NCBI GenBank assembly: GCA_964187785.1
Contig: OZ076414.1
Span: 72,354,001 to 72,418,000, forward strand
DNA: 64,000 nucleotides
Direction: 5' to 3'
Source: Amphiscolops sp. MND2022
Taxonomy: Eukaryota
Position 1 is the stretch's first letter. Every line of letters starts with the position of its first letter. The translations under genes were made by a program, and so were the position numbers. This document shows positions 51,201 through 62,529 of the stretch, in pieces. The notes under the pieces were generated by a model. It saw only the letters and a program-made list of their open reading frames with translations, had not been told where the DNA came from and searched no databases.

Positions 51201-52355
51201 CAAGTTTATAATACTGTTTACAACATCACATCACAGAAAAGAAAATCAACAGTATGAAGTTTGCTCAAAATTTTCATGTTGAAAGCTGGCCAATGTTTTT
51301 TCGGACTTTTTGTCAGCGGGCGATTGTTGGGGTGACTAGGTTTTTCATATTTCCAAATGACTGATGGATGTTATTACAAAATTTTGGAAAATTCAGTATT
51401 CAAACTATTTGCTCATACGTTTTAAAGCTAAACGTCTAGTTTTTTGAGGGCATCAAATCTTGCGAGAGTCAGGTTCACGATGTTGCCCACGATGGTGACT
51501 CTAGGAAACTCCCACGAGTCCTTTCCTGCCATTGACCCTGAAGGGTACCGTTTCCAAAATGTGCGCAGCGACCAGCATCCTCTGAAAACCCGGAATCGTC
51601 TTCTGATGGCATTCGCAGATGCCCCTCTCACCGCAACTTCAGTTTTTCTTACTTTTTTGCCCAAAGCGAAACAGCCTTGTCTGTCGCCTATGGTAATGAA
51701 AACTCTGTCGAACATGAGTTCCGTTGTCTCTAATTGCCACCATCGGAATTACCTTCGCTACCTCTTCTTGCACTGCTAAATAGAAATTTTACCCTGTTAG
51801 TCCTGTAGATGACCAGAGTTCACCAATTAAAATCATTTCCTTTTCGTTTAAACTACTTTTTCATGATATGAATCTGGCTGATGACATCTTCTAATTTGGT
51901 TCTATGTGACAATGAAGTTCTACTTATGTTCGTGACTGAAGTTGAGACTTGACATTTGTATTGGAAAAAATAACTGCCATGAAAGATGACAAGAACGGAG
52001 AAATCTGTTGCTGAAACGGCTGTTAATGATGTGAATCTTGTACAAGAATGTTTGTTTTTGTTGCCTGGGTCCAAACAATGATAGCATAGATGATATGCCT
52101 AGAACTTCGAAATCTTTTGAGACCCCCATGATTTTTTAATGGGAAGTCTGAAATTTATGCGACAACTGAGAATTTCAAGAACAGTAGGCACTGAAAAACC
52201 GAAAAATTATGGGACCACCCTAAAACATAAATACCGACACAGCTGAAAAGTTACTCCTAGTAAATATGGGACATCTAAACAACTACCCACCGACACCGCA
52301 ACTCAGACGAAGACTAGTATGACTCCTACAATATGGGTCACCTTGGCAGCTACCC
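36201..52355 (-). repeat. Tandem array of a ~1.16-kb unit, ~14 copies, each with a degenerate uS5-like gene
   Basis: Recurring ORF sets at 36476, 37647, 38806, 39965, 41124, 42241, 43462, 44551, 45711, 46865, 48017, 49091, 50339 and 51428; 1159-bp spacing among units 3-5. Confidence 0.97.
42232..42660 (-). pseudogene. RPS2-like: uS5 (RPS2)-like pseudogene, representative array copy
   Basis: VQEEVPKVIPM...RVRHRVFITIGDRQGCFALGKK...AVRGA...VFRGCW...TIPFRVNGRKGLVKV, then in another frame GNIVNLTLARFDALKKL. Compare uS5 LKDEVLKIMPV...[20 protein letters not shown]...AIRGA...VRRGYW...TVPCKVTGRCGSVLV...GNFAKATFDAI. No copy has all segments in one frame. Confidence 0.8.
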
Positions 52356-53107
52356 GCCGACGAACTAACGGGCTCTCGAAAGACGAATGTTTCTCTTGTC
52401 CTGCTTATGCGTTTTCGAACGTTTTGGCTTTGCACCCATCAAGCGCTGATAAGAATGATCAAAGCTTTGAATGGACATAAGGAATCTGGAAGAGCCAATA
52501 TTGGTAGCTATGATCCATAGCTTGCGGCCGGACGATAGCTTGGCAATACTCTCTCCCCCAGCTGGTTCGATATGTACACATGTCATCCAAGGCCCCTTCG
52601 CTGCGAAAAGTGCCTTGGAACCAGCTTTGATGTAGTCCGGAGCAAGACAATTGACAGCCGAGTCAGGCAACACAAATGAGCACGTTCTGCTGCCTTCAAG
52701 ACCCCGGTTGTCCCTTCCCTTGCTGCGACTTGTAACAGTGACTCCTGCTGACTGCAAAAATTCCGAGAACGCACAAGCACCCTTATTCGAAAGTGACTTG
52801 ACTCTGGGAGCCAAATCAGAGACTGTCTGCTGCAGCGCCTCGAACCACCGTGGGGATAGTTGGAAATTTGATCCCCCAGCTGAAAATGGAGACCACCAAC
52901 AGTGGAAGAATTCCCCTCTGTCGTCACGCCAGTCCTCCACCCTCCTCCACTTCAGCGAAAACCTCCTCAACACGACTCTCTTCTGGGACTGTTGGAGGCA
53001 CCTCCTCGCCGTCACTAACCTCCGCACCCGCGTCCACCGTTTCTGCTGAATTCATTGCAAAATCTGAAATCAATAAAGAATCTACCGATCCTTCAATGCG
53101 GGCGGTA
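52356..53107 (-). pseudogene. JmjC-domain gene, 5' part (copy 1, truncated before the distal His)
   Basis: FAAKGPWMTCVHIEPAGGESIAKLSSGRKLWIIA is present; the sequence is cut after KRNIR by the uS5 array. Confidence 0.75.
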
Positions 53108-53424
53108 TGTTGAAGCACAACTAAATCAAGCAGATGAAATCAAAACGTGAAATTTTCTAAACTTTCAAATCTCAAAGTATTCATGCTAACTAACACTCAC
53201 ATGCAAATTTGTACACGTCATTGCTAACTTAATTTGTTCATTTTCTCATTTCCCACAGTTTCTGTCACTTTAGTGAAAATCAGTCGAGTTGAAACTTTAC
53301 CTTGCTCTCCCACTTTTCAACAAATTAGATTGATTCTAATTTAAACATTCATCAAATTAGATTGATTCTATTTTACAATTGCAACAAATTAGATTGATTC
53401 TAATGTACAACACACGGAACAACA
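53108..53424 (+). mobile_element. BEL/Pao LTR, copy 1 (317 bp)
   Basis: TGTTG...CAACA termini, internal CAAATTAGATTGATTCTA x3, followed by a PBS-like TTTTGG and gag. Confidence 0.9.
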
Positions 53425-53427
53425 TTT

Positions 53428-53447
53428 TGGTACCGTATCGACCCGGG
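53428..53447 (+). promoter_or_regulatory. Primer-binding-site-like sequence (also ~57297 and ~59914)
   Basis: TGGTACCGTATCGACCCGGG three bases after the LTR end; cognate tRNA not identified. Confidence 0.6.
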
Positions 53448-53469
53448 AAAAGCCAGAATTGTTTCTCAA

Positions 53470-54580
53470 AATATCTGCAAAGTACGCCGACAAAACAGTT
53501 GACCAATTGAAACGGTCAAGATCTGCAATGCTTGGTGTGATCACCAAAATTCGCAACGAAGCCCAACCACTTTTGAAAAAAAAAGTAATCTGCTAGATGA
53601 AGACATTGATTTGCTGAATTACTGAAAGAAAAAGCTTGAAACCAAGGTTGAGGAAATTGCTCATCTGAATGCTGCACTTGTCGAAGTTACACCAGACAAT
53701 GATGCCGACATGGAAAGGGAGCTTGAAGATGCAGAAAATGCTGAACGCAAAAGTGGTACCCTTCTTGAAGCAGTCAGTCATATTTTGGAACAAATCGATG
53801 AAACTGATGCATCGCCAGCACTCCTTCAAGAAACAACAACCGCCACATCCAATAGTCACAGCAGCCATATCAAGATACTCAAATTCGATTTGCCTAAATT
53901 AAACGGCCAATACAAGAAGTGGATTCCCTTTTATGAGCAATTTATGGCATCAGTCGATAGTAATCCCAACATTCCAGCAATTCAAAAATTCAATTATCTG
54001 AAAGCCTCACTTACTGACGAAGCTCTTCAATTAGTCGCTCACTTGCCGTTATCAAACTCGAATTATCCAATTGCTTTGAAGTCCTTGTTGACCGCTATAA
54101 CAATCCTAGATTGATTCTCAACAGTCATTTAGATGTTATCCTCAACTTGAAGTCAATGAAGGGCGATTCGGCATCTGAGTTACGCAAATTGTTTGTCACA
54201 TTTGAAGAAAATTTGATGGCGATCAAGGCTCTAGAACTCGGAGACAATTTAGAAGACTTCATTTGGGTACCAATGCATGCAGAAAGATTGGATCAAGTTT
54301 CGAGAGCTCTTTAGGAAAACGACTACCCTGGGACCAAACCACAAACCCTGACGCAGTTACGAGAGTTTATTAGCAGAAGAGCTCAAGCTCTTGAAGCAGC
54401 CACAAGGTCAACTCACAAGGCTTCGGAAGGTCCACATCTTAAAGGTAATTCTCAAAAGAAATCACAAAACACTCAAAACTACAAGGTTAGTGTTGAAAAG
54501 TGTCCTTGTTGTTCGGAAAATCATACAGTTTATACTTGAAAGAAATTCACTGATATGAGTACTTAACGAACTAGTTTGTA
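53470..54580 (+). pseudogene. BEL/Pao gag (DUF1759 + start of Zn knuckle), copy 1
   Basis: FDLPKLNGQYKKWIPFYEQFMASVDSNPNIPAIQKFNYLKASLTDEALQLVAHLPLSNSNYPIAL (DUF1759), then LILNSHLDVILNL and CPCCSENH. Stops and frameshifts; no pol. Confidence 0.9.
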
Positions 54581-54840
54581 AACCATAGTTAACGGAGCCC
54601 TCAAAGTGTTCCAGTACATCACTCCGAGAGGGGAAGATCTAACAGACGTCTCAGTACGGGAAAGAGAAATTGCTGGATTCAGACTGACTTGAACTTGAAA
54701 CTTACGCCAGGCTGCCAGTGCAAGCTTCCAGTCCCTGGCAGTCAAAAGTGACAACAACTTATCCTTTCCGTACATCTTCAACCACTGTGAGATATAGCCT
54801 CTTCCGCAACCCGTACTAAAACTGTTAAAAGCAATGCTTG
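54563..54840 (-). pseudogene. JmjC gene, 3' fragment
   Basis: SIAFNSFSTGCGRGYISQWLKMYGKDKLL..., the same sequence as 58431-58705 but with 2 extra nt that keep the frame. Confidence 0.7.
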
Positions 54841-56221
54841 ACCACCCTAAAACATAAATACCGACACTGCTAAAAAGTAATACTCCTAGAAAATATGGGA
54901 CATCTAAGCAACTACCCACCGACACCGCAAAACAGACGAAGACTAGTATGACTCCTACAATATGGGTCACCTTGGCAGCTACCCACTGTATTGAGATTAA
55001 CAAGTTTATAATACTGTTTACAACATCACAGAAAAGAAAATCAACAGTATGAAGTTTGCTCAAAATTTTCATGTTGAAAGCTGGCCAATGTTTTTTTGGA
55101 CTTTTTGTCAGCGGGCGATTGTTGGGGTGACTAGGCTTTTCATATTTCCAAATGACTGATGGATGTTATTACAAAATTTTGGAAAATTCAGTATTCAAAC
55201 TATTTGCTCATACGTTTTAAAGCTAAACTTCTAGTTTTTTGAGGGCATCAATTCTTGCGAGAGTCAGGTTCACGATGTTGCCCACGATGGTGACTCTAGG
55301 AAACTCTCACGAGTCCTTTCCTGCCATTGACCCTGAAGGGTATCGTTTCCAAAATGTGCGCAGCGACCAGCATCCTCTGAAACCCCGGAATCGTCTTCTG
55401 ATGGCATTCGCAGATGCCCCTCTCACCGCAACTTCAGTTTTTCTTACTTTTTTCCCAAAGCGAAACAGCCTTGTCTGTCGCCTATGGTAATGAAAACTCT
55501 ATGTCGAACATGAGTTCCGTTGTCTCTAATTGCCACCATCGGAATTACCTTCGCTACCTCTTCTTGCACTGCTAAATAGAAATTTTACCCTGTTAGTCCT
55601 GTAGATGTCCAGAGTTCACCAATTAAAATCATTTCCTTTTCGTTTAAACTACTTTTTCATGATATGAATCTGGCTGATGACATCTTCTAATTTGGTTCTA
55701 TGTGACAATGAAGTTCTACTTATGTTCGTGACTGAAGTTGAGACTTGACATTTGTATTGGAAAAAATAACTGCCTTGAAAGATGACAAGAACGGAGAAAT
55801 CTGTTGCTGAAACGACTGTTAGTGATGTGAATCTTGTACAAGAATGTTTGTTTTTGTTGCGTGGGTCAAAACAATGATAGCATAGATGATATGCCTAGAA
55901 CTTCGAAATCTTTTGAGACCCCCATGAATTTTTAATGGGAAGTCTGAAATTTATGCGAAAACTGAGAATTTAAAGAACAGTAGGTACTGACAAACCGAAA
56001 AATTATGGGACCGCCCTAAAACATAAATACCGACACAGCTGAAAAGTTACTCCTAGAAAATATGGGACATCTAAGCAACTACCCACCGACACCGCAAAAC
56101 ACACGAAGACTCTAGTATGACTCCTAAAAATATGGGACACCAATGCAACTACCCACCGACACCGCAACTCAGACGAAGACTAGTATGACTCCTACAATAT
56201 GGGTCACCTTGGCAGCTACCC
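54841..56221 (-). repeat. Displaced copy of the 1.16-kb uS5 unit, lying inside a JmjC gene
   Basis: Same sequence as the array units; shares diagnostic variants (TTTAAACTAC, GACAATGAAG, TTTTGTCAGC) with units at ~49000 and ~51400. Confidence 0.9.
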
Positions 56222-56976
56222 GCCGACGAACTAACGGGCTCTCGAAAGACGAATGTTTCTCTTGTCCTGCTTATGCGTTTTCGAACGTTTTGACTTTGCA
56301 CCCATCAAGCGCTGATAAGAATGATCAAAGCTTTGAATGGACATAAGGAATCTGGAAGAGCCAATATTGGTAGCTATGATCCATAGCTTGCGGCCGGACG
56401 ATAGCTTGGCAATACTCTCTCCCCCCAGCTGGTTCGATATGTACACATGTCATCCAAGGCCCCTTCGCTGCGAAAAGTGCCTTGGAACCAACTTTGATGT
56501 AGTCCGGAGCAAGACAATTGACAGGCGAGTCAGGCAACACAAATGAGCACGTTCTGCTGCCTTCAAGACCCCGGTTGTCCCTTCCCTTGCTGCGACTTGT
56601 AACAGTGACTCCTGCTGACTGCAAAAATTCCGAGAACGCACAAGCACCCTTATTCGAAAGTGACTTGACTCTGGGAGCCAAATCACAGAGACTGTCTGCT
56701 GCAGCGCCTCGAACCACCGTGGGGACAGTTGGAAATTTGATCCCCCAGCTGAAAATGGAGACCACCAACAGTGGAAGAATTCCCCTCTGTCGTCACGCCA
56801 GTCCTCCACCCTCCTCCACTTCAGCGAAAACCTCCTCAACACGACTCTCTTCTGGGACTGTTGGAGGCACCTCCTCGCCGTCACTAACCTCCGCACCCGC
56901 GTCCACCGTTTCTGCTGAATTCATTGCAAAATCTGAAATCAATAAAGAATCTACCGATCCTTCAATGCGGGCGGTA
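56222..56976 (-). pseudogene. JmjC gene, 5' part (copy 2)
   Basis: ORF 56325..56768 contains PTVVRGAAADSL and KGPWMTCVHIEP; a frameshift follows and the distal His region is missing. Confidence 0.75.
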
Positions 56977-57293
56977 TGTTGAAGCACAACTAAATCAAGC
57001 AGATGAAATCAAAACGTGAAATTTTCTAAACTTTCAAATCTCAAAGTATTCATGCTAACTAACACTCACATGCAAATTTGTACACGTCATTGCTAACGTA
57101 ATTTGTTTATTTTCTCATTTCCCACAGTTTCTGTCACTTTAGTGAAAATCAGTCGAGTTGAAACTTTACCTTGCTCTCCCACTTTTCAACAAATTAGATT
57201 GATTCTAATTTAAACATTCATCAAATTAGATTGATTCTAATTTGCAATTGCAACAAATTAGATTGATTCTAATGTACAACACACGGAACAACA
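56977..57293 (+). mobile_element. BEL/Pao LTR, copy 2
   Basis: TGTTG...CAACA, 317 bp, followed by TTTTGG. Confidence 0.9.
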
Positions 57294-57339
57294 TTTTGGT
57301 ACCGTATCGACCCGGGAAAAACCAGAATTGTTTCTCAAA

Positions 57340-58450
57340 ATATCTGCAAAGTACGCCGACAAAACAGTTGACCAATTGAAACGGTCAAGATCTGCAATGC
57401 TTGGTGTGATCACCAAAATTCGCAACGAAGCCCAACCACTTTTGAAAAAAAAGAGAAAAGTAATCTGCTAGATGAAGACATTGATTTGCTGAATTACTGA
57501 AAGAAAAAGCTTGAAACCAAGGTTGAGGAAATTGCTCATCTGAATGCTGCACTTGTCGAAGTTACACCAGACAATGATGCCGACATGGAAAGGGAGCTTG
57601 AAGATGCAGAAAATGCTGAACGCAAAAGTGGTACCCTTCTTGAAGCAGTCAGTCACATTTTGGAACAAATCGATGAAACTGATGCATCGCCAGCACTCCT
57701 TCAAGAAACAACAAACGCCACATCCAATAGTCACAGCAGCCATATCAAGATACTCAAATTCGATTTGCCTAAATTAAACGGCCAATACAAGAAGTGGATT
57801 CCCTTTTATGAGCAATTTATGGCATCAGTCGATAGTAATCCCAACATTCCAGCAATTCAAAAATTCAATTATCTGAAAGCCTCACTTACTGACGAAGCTC
57901 TTCAATTAGTCGCTCACTTGCCGTTATCAAACTCGAATTATCCAATTGCTTTGAAGTCCTTGTTGACCGCTATAACAATCCTAGATTGATTCTCAACAGT
58001 CATTTAGATGTTATCCTCAACTTGAAGTCAATGAAGGGCGATTCGGCATCTGAGTTACGCAAATTGTTTGTCACATTTGAAGAAAATTTGATGGCGATCA
58101 AGGCTCTAGAACTCGGAGACAATTTAGAAGACTTCATTTGGGTACCAATGCATGCAGAAAGATTGGATCAAGTTTCGAGAGCTCTTTAGGAAAACGACTA
58201 CCCTGGGACCAAACCACAAACCCTGACGCAGTTACGAGAGTTTATTAGCAGAAGAGCTCAAGCTCTTGAAGCAGCCACAAGGTCACAAGGCTTCGGAAGG
58301 TCCACATCAAAAAGGTAATTCTCAAAAGAAATCACAAAACACTCAAAACTACAAGGTTAGTGTTGAAAAGTGTCCTTGTTGTTCGTAAAATCTTAGTTTG
58401 TACTTGAAAGAAATTCGCTGATATGAGTACTTAACGAACTAGTTTGTAAA
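57340..58450 (+). pseudogene. BEL/Pao gag, copy 2
   Basis: ORFs 57585..57989 and 57986..58189 match copy 1. Confidence 0.9.
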
Positions 58451-59593
58451 CCATAGTTAACGGAGCCCTCAAAGTGTTCCAGTACATCACTCCGAGAGGG
58501 AAAGATCTAACAGACGTCTCAGTACGGGAAAGAGAAATTGCTGGATTCAGACTGACTTGAACTTGAAACTTACCCCAGGCTGCCAGTGCAAGCTTCCAGT
58601 CCCTGGCAGTCAAAAGTGACAACAAATTATCCTTTCCGTACATCTTCAACCACTGAGATATAGCCTCTTCCGCAACCCGTACTAAAACTGTTAAAAGCAA
58701 TGCTTGCTCGCCTAGTGTCGCGCAAATCCAGTCCTTCCCAACCATGCATAAGTGCCCATCGAGTAGAGCCATCAGCAGCAAAAGCTCGACCTGTTAGAAC
58801 ACAGTGCGCATAACAAGCAGGCTGAAATAACACGTCACCTTCTTCAGCTAAGTGAAACCGCAAACCACGAATGTTTCTCTTGTCCTGCTTATGCGTTTTC
58901 GAACGTTTTGACTTTGCACCCATCAAGCGCTGATAAAAATGATCAAAGCTTTGAATGGACATAAGGAATCTGGAAGAGCCAATATTGGTAGCTATGATCC
59001 ATAGCTTGCGGCCGGACGATAGCTTGGCAATACTCTCTCCCCCAGCTGGTTCGATATGTACACATGTCATCCAAGGCCCCTTCGCTGCGAAAAGTGCCTT
59101 GGAACCAACTTTGATGTAGTCCGGAGCAAGACAATTGACAGGCGAGTCAGGCAACACAAATGAGCACGTTCTGCTGCCTTCAAGACCCCGGTTGTCCCTT
59201 CCCTTGCTGCGACTTGTAACAGTGACTCCTGCTGACTGCAAAAATTCCGAGAACGCACAAGCACCCTTATTCGAAAGTGACTTGACTCTGGGAGCCAAAT
59301 CACAGAGACTGTCTGCTGCAGCGCCTCGAACCACCGTGGGGACAGTTGGAAATTTGATCCCCCAGCTGAAAATGGAGACCACCAACAGTGGAAGAATTCC
59401 CCTCTGTCGTCACGCCAGTCCTCCACCCTCCTCCACTTCAGCGAAAACCTCCTCAACACGACTCTCTTCTGGGACTGTTGGAGGCACCTCCTCGCCGTCA
59501 CTAACCTCCGCACCCGCGTCCACCGTTTCTGCTGAATTCATTGCAAAATCTGAAATCAATAAAGAATCTACCGATCCTTCAATGCGGGCGGTA
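58431..59593 (-). pseudogene. JmjC-domain 2OG/Fe(II) dioxygenase gene, full core (copy 3)
   Basis: ORF 58627..59385: PTVVRGAA (cupin-8-like N-terminal motif), T-x-x-H-I-E, SGRKLWII, and EGDVLFQPACYAHCVLT, giving an intact H-x-E...H metal triad. In-frame TGA upstream (59412-59410) and a 2-nt deletion near 58655. Confidence 0.8.
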
Positions 59594-59910
59594 TGTTGAA
59601 GCACAACTAAATCAAGCAGATGAAATCAAAACGTGAAATTTTCTAAACTTTCAAATCTCAAAGTATTCATGCTAACTAACACTCACATGCAAATTTGTAC
59701 ACGTCATTGCTAACGTAATTTGTTTATTTTCTCATTTCCCACAGTTTCTGTCACTTTAGTGAAAATCAGTCGAGTTGAAACTTTACCTTGCTCTCCCACT
59801 TTTCAACAAATTAGATTGATTCTAATTTAAACATTCATCAAATTAGATTGATTCTAATTTGCAATTGCAACAAATTAGATTGATTCTAATGTACAACACA
59901 CGGAACAACA
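59594..59910 (+). mobile_element. BEL/Pao LTR, copy 3
   Basis: Exactly 2617 bp downstream of copy 2, same termini. Confidence 0.9.
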
Positions 59911-59956
59911 TTTTGGTACCGTATCGACCCGGGAAAAACCAGAATTGTTTCTCAAA

Positions 59957-61067
59957 ATATCTGCAAAGTACGCCGACAAAACAGTTGACCAATTGAAACG
60001 GTCAAGATCTGCAATGCTTGGTGTGATCACCAAAATTCGCAACGAAGCCCAACCACTTTTGAAAAAAAAGAGAAAAGTAATCTGCTAGATGAAGACATTG
60101 ATTTGCTGAATTACTGAAAGAAAAAGCTTGAAACCAAGGTTGAGGAAATTGCTCATCTGAATGCTGCACTTGTCGAAGTTACACCAGACAATGATGCCGA
60201 CATGGAAAGGGAGCTTGAAGATGCAGAAAATGCTGAACGCAAAAGTGGTACCCTTCTTGAAGCAGTCAGTCACATTTTGGAACAAATCGATGAAACTGAT
60301 GCATCGCCAGCACTCCTTCAAGAAACAACAAACGCCACATCCAATAGTCACAGCAGCCATATCAAGATACTCAAATTCGATTTGCCTAAATTAAACGGCC
60401 AATACAAGAAGTGGATTCCCTTTTATGAGCAATTTATGGCATCAGTCGATAGTAATCCCAACATTCCAGCAATTCAAAAATTCAATTATCTGAAAGCCTC
60501 ACTTACTGACGAAGCTCTTCAATTAGTAGCTCACTTGCCGTTATCAAACTCGAATTATCCAATTGCTTTGAAGTCCTTGTTGACCGCTATAACAATCCTA
60601 GATTGATTCTCAACAGTCATTTAGATGTTATCCTCAACTTGAAGTCAATGAAGGGCGATTCGGCATCTGAGTTACGCAAATTGTTTGTCACATTTGAAGA
60701 AAATTTGATGGCGATCAAGGCTCTAGAACTCGGAGACAATTTAGAAGACTTCATTTGGGTACCAATGCATGCAGAAAGATTGGATCAAGTTTCGAGAGCT
60801 CTTTAGGAAAACGACTACCCTGGGACCAAACCACAAACCCTGACGCAGTTACGAGAGTTTATTAGCAGAAGAGCTCAAGCTCTTGAAGCAGCCACAAGGT
60901 CACAAGGCTTCGGAAGGTCCACATCAAAAAGGTAATTCTCAAAAGAAATCACAAAACACTCAAAACTACAAGGTTAGTGTTGAAAAGTGTCCTTGTTGTT
61001 CGTAAAATCTTAGTTTGTACTTGAAAGAAATTCGCTGATATGAGTACTTAACGAACTAGTTTGTAAA
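59957..61067 (+). pseudogene. BEL/Pao gag, copy 3
   Basis: ORFs 60202..60606 and 60603..60806 have the same translation as copy 2. Confidence 0.9.
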
Positions 61068-61243
61068 CCATAGTTAACGGAGCCCTCAAAGTGTTCCAGT
61101 ACATCACTCCGAGAGGGAAAGATCTAACAGACGTCTCAGTACGGGAAAGAGAAATTGCTGGATTCAGACTGACTTGAACTTGAAACTTACCCCAGGCTGC
61201 CAGTGCAAGCTTCCAGTCCCTGGCAGTCAAAAGTGACAACAAA

Positions 61244-62207
61244 TTATCCTTTCCGTACATCTTCAACCACTGAGATATAGCCTCTTCCGCAACCCGTACT
61301 AAAACTGTTAAAAGCAATGCTTGCTCGCCTAGTGTCGCGCAAATCCAGTCCTTCCCAACCATGCATAAGTGCCCATCGAGTAGAGCCATCAGCAGCAAAA
61401 GCTCGACCTGTTAGAACACAGTGCGCATAACAAGCAGGCTGAAATAACACGTCACCTTCTTCAGCTAAGTGAAACCGCAAACCACGAATGTTTCTCTTGT
61501 CCTGCTTATGCGTTTTCGAACGTTTTGACTTTGCACCCATCAAGCGCTGATAAAAATGATCAAAGCTTTGAATGGACATAAGGAATCTGGAAGAGCCAAT
61601 ATTGGTAGCTATGATCCATAGCTTGCGGCCGGACGATAGCTTGGCAATACTCTCTCCCCCAGCTGGTTCGATATGTACACATGTCATCCAAGGCCCCTTC
61701 GCTGCGAAAAGTGCCTTGGAACCAACTTTGATGTAGTCCGGAGCAAGACAATTGACAGCCGAGTCAGGCAACACAAATGAGCACGTTCTACTGCCTTCAA
61801 GACCCCGGTTGTCCCTTCCCTTGCTGCGACTTGTAACAGTGACTCCTGCTGACTGTAAAAACTCCGAGAACGCACAAGCACCCTTATTCGAAAGTGACTT
61901 GACTCTGGGAGCCATATCACAGACTGTCTGCTGCAGCGCCTCGAACCACCGTGGGGACAGTTGGAAATTTGATCCCCCAGCTGAAGATGGAGACCACCAA
62001 CAGTGGAAGAATTCCCCTCTGTCGTCACGCCAGTCCTCCACCCTCCTCCACTTCAGCGAAAACCTCCTCAACACGACTCTCTTCTGGGACTGTTGGAGCA
62101 CCTCCTCGCCGTCACTAACCTCCGCACCCGCGTCCACTGTTTCTGCTGAATTCATTGCAAAATCTGAAATCATTAAAGAATCTACAGATCCTTCGAGGCG
62201 GGCGGTG
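61244..62207 (-). CDS. JmjC-domain protein (copy 4), longest open frame (324 aa in the ORF track)
   Basis: H-I-E and A-H-C motifs lie in one frame. Two small deletions bypass the TGA but scramble ~60 N-terminal residues. The ORF-track start lies inside the LTR; the first ATGs outside it are at ~62170 and ~62152. Confidence 0.55.
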
Positions 62208-62529
62208 TGTTGAAGCACAACTAAATCAAGCAGATGAAATCAAAACGTGAAAATTTCTAAACATTCAAATCTCAAACTATTCATGCTAACTAACACTCAC
62301 ATGCAAATTTGTACACGTCATTGCTAACGTAATTTGTTCATACTTTATTCTCATTTCCCACAGTTTCTGTCACTTTAGTAAAACTCAGCCGAGTTAAAAC
62401 TTTAACTTGCTCTCCCACATTTCAACAAATTAGATTGATTCTAATTTAAAAATTCAACAAATTAGATTGATTCTAATTTACAATTGCAACAAATTAGATT
62501 GATTCTAATTTACAACTCACGGAACAACA
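62208..62529 (+). mobile_element. BEL/Pao LTR, copy 4, solo and more diverged (322 bp)
   Basis: TGTTG...CAACA; not followed by PBS or gag; flanks CGGTG and GTGAG are not a perfect TSD. Confidence 0.85.

Noticed and set aside
52651-53113. Plus-strand Ser/Thr-rich ORFs opposite JmjC, and an initial reading of this region as a LINE ORF1
   Set aside because: The minus strand carries the JmjC motifs; no RT, endonuclease or ORF1 Zn knuckle is present.
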